Under the pieces are notes generated by a model. The model made no database searches. It saw nothing but the letters and a program-made list of their open reading frames with translations, and was not told where the DNA came from. A program made the translations under genes and the position numbers. A DNA stretch of 61,972 nucleotides, counting the filler, from Platydemus manokwari (taxonomy: Eukaryota), in the NCBI GenBank assembly GCA_037951405.1. It is 5 parts of 5 records of this genome, joined end to end, with 100 filler letters (N's around TTAATTAATTAA, not from the genome) between each part and the next. Parts side by side here need not be neighbours in the genome. Positions count along the whole stretch, not along the records: positions 50,037 to 61,972 come from JBBMOY010381111.1; 4 more parts are not named here. One strand, given 5' to 3'. Positions 54,650 through 61,972 of this stretch are shown here, one piece after another. The stretch's first letter is position 1; each line of letters starts with the position of its first letter.

Positions 54650-57600
54650 ATGAAATATTCATGTAAAGATATTTGTCGATATATTTTACATTGCTTGATA
54701 AGCCATTTGGGAACTTTGGTTTTGATTATACTCTACCTCATCGGTGGCGGCTTTTTATTTCAGCTTTTGGAATTACAGAATGAACTAAACGCATGTACTA
54801 CATCTTTTGGTCTACTCACCCAAAAACTCAATGACACAACTTATCGAGGAATGGCGATTGGAGCTGCCGGCTATAATTCAACGGTATATTATCAACAGCT
54901 CTATGCAATGCTTTTTAATTTCTCGAAAGATGTTTTTACCTTAAATGTTTCTCCAAACAAGGATTGTTCTACATTAGGCCAACCTGGCAATATTCCGAAT
55001 TGGAATTTGGCGAATTCCATATTCTTCTGCGCTACAATTGTAACAACTATTGGTTGCGAATATTTTAATATTTAATGACCAGTTTTAATAATATATTAAG
55101 GATATGGTAACTTATACCCCTCCACTATGTGGGGAAGAGTCGTTTGTATTATTTATGCTTTTGTCGGAATACCGCTGATGTTACTTTTCTTGGGAAATTT
55201 TGGTGAAGTTTTGGCAAGTGCTTTTAGATCGGTTTATCTGAATATGTGCTGCTTTCAATGCTTTGTAAAACGAAAATTAACCAATGTTTTGAAGACAAGG
55301 GATACAGAGGAAATTGATGATTACAATATGCAATTGGTGAGTTATGATTTTAGATATATTTAATTAGGTACTTTCGTCGATCAAAGGAGAAATTTTGATT
55401 TGAAATAACTTCGACTACTCTTTTAAACCATTAAATTGATATAATAATATTTTTGAATCTGAAGAAACTCGATTCCATTAATAGTTACATATACACTCAT
55501 GAAATATCAAAATCAATGATGAAACTACTATTAGATGTTTAAGAATTTTAAAAATTCTAGAGAAAATGTTGAAATAATAATTAAATACTAATTTTCTTAA
55601 AATTACTTTTTGTCATATTATTATATAAAAATCCTCGACTTTCAATTGTTACCAAGAGACGGATTAAATCGTAATTCATAATATAAATATCAATAAACAT
55701 GAAAAATTAAGAGAATAAGTTTAATAGATCGCGATTAAAATCTGTAAATCTTGTTGCCTTAATTGTTCATTCAATCGCTGTCTGATAATGTTTGATTGGA
55801 TTTTAATCTGAACTTTGAAACTAAAATAAAGCTCTGAGTGTCGAAATAATGAAGAAAGTGTTAAATAGAACTGTCACGTGAATTGATATAAGGTCTCATT
55901 TAAATATTTAATCGTGGCACTTAATATAATATACGCAATCCTATATCACATTTCATTGTCGATAAATCCGTAATTTTTCATCTAGAAATATTTTAATACG
56001 AATTAAATTTTATTCTAAGATCATTTAATGTGGAAACCTTTACTCAATGAGCAATATTCAGAAGAACTCCAACGAATTCGCGCATAATGTTTTGTTTGAA
56101 TTTAATTGAATTATTCTTAAACTATTGTGGAATTCCAAAAAAAAATTTGAATACCGGGCTTCAGTTAAGAAAGAGTCCTTTGACCTACTTTCGTTATAAT
56201 AAAACTTCGAACATGAGATAATTTTATAACTTAATTTTATAAATAACAGATATCTCCGATGGATTCGTTTAATTCAATTAATATCTCACTTTTTAAGATG
56301 TCTAATAGTCTAAACATAGTTTTAAAACCAATTTCCCATTCTAATCACAACAATTATGTATGATTATTTGAGTTTTTAAATTTTAATTACAGACTTGTTT
56401 AATAATATCATTGCTTATTTTATAAAATAATTTTAAAAATTGAGAATATTTCTCGATTTGCTTCTGATGTTATAAAAGGGTCCTAGCTAATTTTCAATGA
56501 AGTGCAATTCGAACTACTTTTCATTTTTTCAAATAACCAAATTTTAGGAAATTTTTAAGCTCCAGTGTATTTAATATTTGATTTCAAAGAACTAAAATTC
56601 TTCTTAAGTGCTTAAATAAAAAATTCAAAATGTTTTTAAGGATTTAATTAAATAAACTAGATAGATTTTTGTAATACTCAACAAATTTAAAATTTCATTT
56701 TAAGACCCCTTTTTTAAACTTTAGTCGAATACCGTAATTTTCTCTATTAAAAGTCAGGTTGTGGTACACTTGATAATCATTGGGTTTTGATTACATCTTT
56801 TGTAACACGTTTTGAATATTGAATATTAAGAATCCATTGAGATAAAAAAATACTTGTTTTGCGGATTAAAATTCCTTTCCAGTAACATTCCATAAAATGT
56901 ATTGTGAAAATCCATAAATAAGGAAAACCGACGATGCGAAAATGTTTTAGTTCGATTATTGATAAACCAATTGAAAAATTTATAATGAAAGAGTTGAAGA
57001 TGAAAGCGATTTTCAAACGACATGGAAATATCTAACAACGAAAATGTATTTTTGACTTTACCATTAATACATGCATCAATTGTAATTAAATTAGACTATG
57101 GGAAAATAATATAATTACCGCATCTGTGAGATATTAGATAGGAATAAAATTACCACACCACATATTCAGTCATTCACTGAAATGTAAATAGTAATTTTTA
57201 AAACAATTCTCCATTTGGTACTGACGAATTGAAATGATTAAGAAATTCCTTTGCAGTAAATGATACACAGATATTTCATCAGTATTTTTTTCATATTTCT
57301 TTCTTAGGAAATTGTCGACAAATTATTGAATGGCATATGCAATTATATTAGGTTTAATGCCATTATGAATTTTTAGTTCAAATTTAAATTAATTCAATAA
57401 TAATAAACAATAATTATTGATTCTTTATAATTAATAATACATTATGTTCAGTTATTAAGTGAAATTTATTAAGAAAGTTTTAATAAATACGTTATTAAAA
57501 ATACATTAAATTTGTTTTCAAATTTTAGGATAAAAATTGTCAGGACAACCAACTGTTGACAGAAAAATAAGTACTGAGTTAATTGAAATCGATTTTTTTG

Positions 57601-59460
57601 TTAAAATTGAGGGTTTGAATATTATATATTTAATGAATGTATAATGATATCGATTAAATACTAAGTGACGAAGACCTAGTAATATTTCGTTGGTTGCATA
57701 TATCTAACATCAATTTCTAAAATTTCGACTTTCAAACAAAAATTCTTAATCTAACATCAAAGTAGTATTTAGTGTATTATTGTATGCCAAATGGACCAGT
57801 TGGGGAAATTTAGCTGATCTGTCATCACATTTGTCACCAAAGTTTTAGAGTTTTCAAAATAGTGAAGCAAAAAAAATTATTATTATCATTACAAATATTA
57901 TTTGTAATTATTATTATATTCATATTTTAACTTCAATACAGGAGGATAATGGCAGCCAATTCAATACGAAATCAAATCCACCTCCTAAAGTAAGATGAAT
58001 TTTTAAATCCTATCAACTTTATATCTTGTACTATCATTAAATTAAACGATTAAATTAGATGGTGGTTGCCACAAACTCAGAATTAGTAGAAATCGATGAA
58101 GATGACCGAAATACCGAAATGACAATTCCACTTACAATTGTCACATCATTTTTATTATTTTACATGTACTTGGGAGCACTTTTATTTAGAATTTGGGAGG
58201 TGAATTTTGAATTATTTGTTTGTAAATCTCTATAATTATTCAACTTAGTCATGGGATTTGGTTGCTGCAATTTACTTTTCATTTATTACTGTTTCTACAA
58301 TTGGTTTTGGGGATCTTTACCCAGCAAAGGATACTATTGGATCGGTGAATTTGTTATCTACGTTTATCATAAATTACATCGTTATATCCTATTATAATAT
58401 TTTCAGATGCCTTGATAGTTCTTAATAATTTCGAGGGAAAAACAATTATATTTCGTCTACTTTATTTTCAATAACATAGATAAAAGTATAATTCGAAACT
58501 TAAGATAATATAGAAAACTCCTATGAAAAGATAAAAATTTCTTGAATTTTCTTTTTATAATACTTTAAAGTTTTAATAATTTCTAATTCATCTGATGCTT
58601 ATGAATCATTGGAATAAAATATTAAATCACATTATCAAGTCACGGTCTCCTATCTTCGAAGTATACGAAGAAAGTAAAGAATCAAGATGAAGTAAATATC
58701 TTATTAAAACTCAAATATTGAATAATTCCCATAACTTATTTTTCGATCGCTGTTTCGTTTTAAAAAGAAATCAGATAGTCCAGTAAAATAAGTCTGAATT
58801 AGATTTGGAGTTGACTAATTTTCTAAGCTACACCTTAAAGTTGTTACTTCTATACAAACTCTTCCACAGCATATAAAGATGCGTAAAGAAATTATCTGAA
58901 AAAATTCTCTCCTAGACTTTTTCAACGAATGATTAATTGTCGAATTTTGCGATATGTATGATCGTATTATTCGTTATGTTTGCTGTTTTCGAACTCCAAT
59001 ATCTTTGACTTCTTTTTATTCTTTTATTATTATAATCTTTACTTTGTAACTTTATTCGATGATGTGAAGTCTATATGTCAGTTATTTAAATTTCGTATAA
59101 TATAAAGTCAATTGTTTATTTTAATATTCATGCCCAAATTATTATGAATTTTAGAGTGCTGCTACTGTAGAACTCATAGCTGGAGCTGTTTATTGTGTGG
59201 TTGGACTGGCAATTCTCTCGATGTGTTTATCTTTAGTCAAAGATGAGATTGTCGGTAAATTTATTTGGCTTGGAGAGAAATTGGGCGTTATCAAACAACC
59301 GGATTTTAATACCAATGAAACGGAAGAATACAACCCATATGCTGAACAGAATGATGTAATTAAAATTTCAAGTTCAATAAGAATTGCCAGACACAGCAAC
59401 GAAGCCTTCGAGACAGATCCAGAACTAAATCATCTGAATTCAAAAATCAAATCAGCCTGA
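54650..59460 (+). CDS. Two-pore-domain (K2P/TWiK family) potassium channel, about 409 aa
   Basis: Exons 54650-55052, 55101-55336, 57942-57989, 58059-58199, 58249-58344, 59155-59460 give an open frame with P1 TTIGYGN, P2 STIGFGD and four TM helices. Confidence 0.93.
56156..56730. mobile_element. MITE family A, copy 2 (in K2P intron 2)
   Basis: Ends ggcttcagttaagaaagagtc / gacccctttttt aaactttagtcg; closely similar to 59836-60440 throughout. Confidence 0.75.
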
Positions 59461-59835
59461 TGGATTATTTCTTATCATGACTTATAATTTCATAATTTTT
59501 CTATTCTCTTAAACTTTAGTATATGACTCAGTTTAATAGAATATCATTATTTTAGAGGTTTCTATTGTCTTATAAAAATATAGTTGTGTTGGGAGATGAG
59601 TATGATCAAGGTATTACTTCCAACACCAACTCTACGAAGTGAATCAAATATTATAACTGTAAATTTTATAAAAGTTATATTAGAATTATAACTCAGAACA
59701 TAGAATAAGTTAAATTTGAACTGATTAATTCCAATTTATGTAAAATATTATTTAAAATGAACAAATAAAAATTAAAACCAATCTCAGCTCAAATAAGCCC
59801 TAATTCTCCTTTTGAGCCCAACAAAAATCAAATTA

Positions 59836-60440
59836 AGCCTTAAGTTAAGAAAGAGGGTCTTTTGACCTACTTTCGTTATAATAAATTTTCGCGCATGAGA
59901 TAATTTTATAACTTAATTTTATATATAACTACTATCTCTGATTGATTCGTTTAATTCCGTTAATATCTCACTTTTTAGGATGTCTAACAGTGACAAAACA
60001 TTGTTTTAAAACCAAGTCCCGATTATAATCAAAACACTTCTATATAATTATTTGAGTTTTTAAATTTAAATTTTTATAATTATAAATCGAGTTAGTTAAT
60101 TACAGACATGTTTAATAATATCATTGCTTATTTTTATAAAATAATTGTAAAAGTTAAGAATATCTCTCAATTTGCTGATAATGTTAAAAAAGTGGTCCTC
60201 GCTAATTTTCAATAAATTGCAATTCAACTTGCTTTTTTCTTTTTTCTTAAAATCAAATTTTCGGAGATTTTTAAGCTCTAGTTTTTTAATATTTAATTTC
60301 AAACAACTAAAATTCTTCTTAGGTACTTAAATAAAAAATTCAAAATGTTTTAAATATAATTAGATAAACTATATAGATTTTTGCAATACACTCAACAAAT
60401 TTAAAATTTTATTTTAGGACCCTTTTTATTAACTTAAACC
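59836..60440. mobile_element. MITE family A, copy 3
   Basis: Ends cttaagttaagaaagagggtc / gaccctttttattaacttaa are inverted repeats; interior matches copies 1 and 2. Confidence 0.75.
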
Positions 60441-61972
60441 AAAAATATTATTGATTCTACCAAAAGAGTTGGTCAAATAATTTTCCATCTACAAACATGG
60501 AACAGTAAATTTCGTCAGAAAAACTAATGAATCGAAAATATTGTTGAAACATGATTCCAAAAATGTAAATTTATCTACATCTGTCAATCAATCCGTTGTC
60601 ATGACTACAGGAATAATAAATCAATTTCTAATAAATCATTACATAAAATTGCAAACGAGCTTGTGTTTTGTCCCAATGAAATTTATGAATGCCGTTCTGA
60701 AAGAAATTTTTTTTGATGAATTCTATGTTGGAAATTAAAATAATTCGACAAAATTCAATTTTCTTATGAAGGAATTTATCGATAATTTGATAGATGCTTA
60801 ACTGAAGTTTTATGTAAACAAGGGGAAAAGATAAGTATTTTTGAAGCAAATAAATGCATAATGAGAAATAATTTTCTCTCTATTTATATTTATGTTTATA
60901 TTTATGTATAATTATTCGATAAAAACGTTGAAAAGAATTTTTCAAAAATCAACCTCTGTTTTTCTTGTGTTTTCGTGTTGATTATGCTTTCTTGAATGTA
61001 ACGAATTTACTTCGATAATCATCATATTAAATTATGATTATCCATCAGTAAGAAACCAATATAAAGTTTTAAATTGTTTTTGTGAAACTTGTTATTATGT
61101 GTATATTGGTTTCTATAAAATATAAAATATACCATCGAATGGATTGGTTTGTATTCCAAGTTTATTTGTATGTTTTGTGTTTGAGTGGTGGTATAATCGT
61201 GTGGATTTTATATTGAGAGATTATGGAATCGAAATACAGGAAAAGAAAGCTAACTAACAATTATCAATTGATTTTATATATATCATCAAATATAAAAATG
61301 GAATAGAAAGTTGTTTACTATCTGTTACCAGTAATATTCCATGTTCATCGCTTATAATGTTGGGATAATATATTCGAAATGGAAAATAACTTTACTTTCT
61401 AAATGTCAAACCACGTGTTTTCTGTTTTAAGTTTTTAATGATGAATGGAAAAAATTTATAGTAATTTAATGAGTGTTTGTTTTTGGAAATAGAGACGTTT
61501 TATGACTATTTCTCTCTTTGGAGCCATTATTTATTGATATCATTAACTTTCCCAAATCTTTTTTGCATTTGCAGATAATTCAAAACTGATTTATCGAGTA
61601 GGAAATATCTTTAATCTCAGGAGTATTGTTAAAAAGTTATATTTACTAAAAAATGTTGTTCCTGATTCATTATCGCTAATTCTCAGAGGTGATGTAAAAG
61701 CTATGGTAATCAAAATGCTTTTATCCACAAGGATTTCAAAATATTGATTGGTCTTGAGTATGGTGATGAAATCAGAAATTTTTTTGACTTTGATTAGTTG
61801 TATCAATTATTAATTTCATTAACGAAACGATTTTAATTAATGTATAATTTGTCTAATGTTGAAAATCGTTGCATAAACCCGATGATTTTCCATTAAAATA
61901 TAATATAAAATATCTTCGCACATTGCTTTAATTAAATGTTGACTTCAATTACCAATAGTCATTTCTTTTTAG

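Overview
AT-rich eukaryotic (metazoan) scaffold with many short (about 35-65 nt) GT-AG introns and four artificial 100-nt gap spacers. Gene and transposon content suggests a free-living flatworm such as a planarian, but this is inference only. Spliced genes rebuilt by hand: CCT8 (10 exons), CFAP45, a CCDC42/CFAP73-like DUF4200 coiled-coil gene, a two-pore-domain K+ channel, the last exon of an SLC25A14/30-like mitochondrial carrier, a Reeler-like secreted protein, and three tandem paralogous small four-TM genes that the ORF track only catches in fragments. The rest is mostly decayed mobile DNA: a NeSL/R2-type retroelement with Ulp1-like protease domain(s) ahead of its RT, two separate restriction-like endonuclease 3' fragments, Tc1/mariner and hAT relics, two MITE families and solo LTRs. 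The most notable structure is a miniature non-coding LTR retroelement (TRIM-like) with a tRNA-Arg-like primer site and a polypurine tract. An intronless innexin pseudogene and a possible cadherin relic are also present. All translations and coordinates were derived by eye; no database searches were run.
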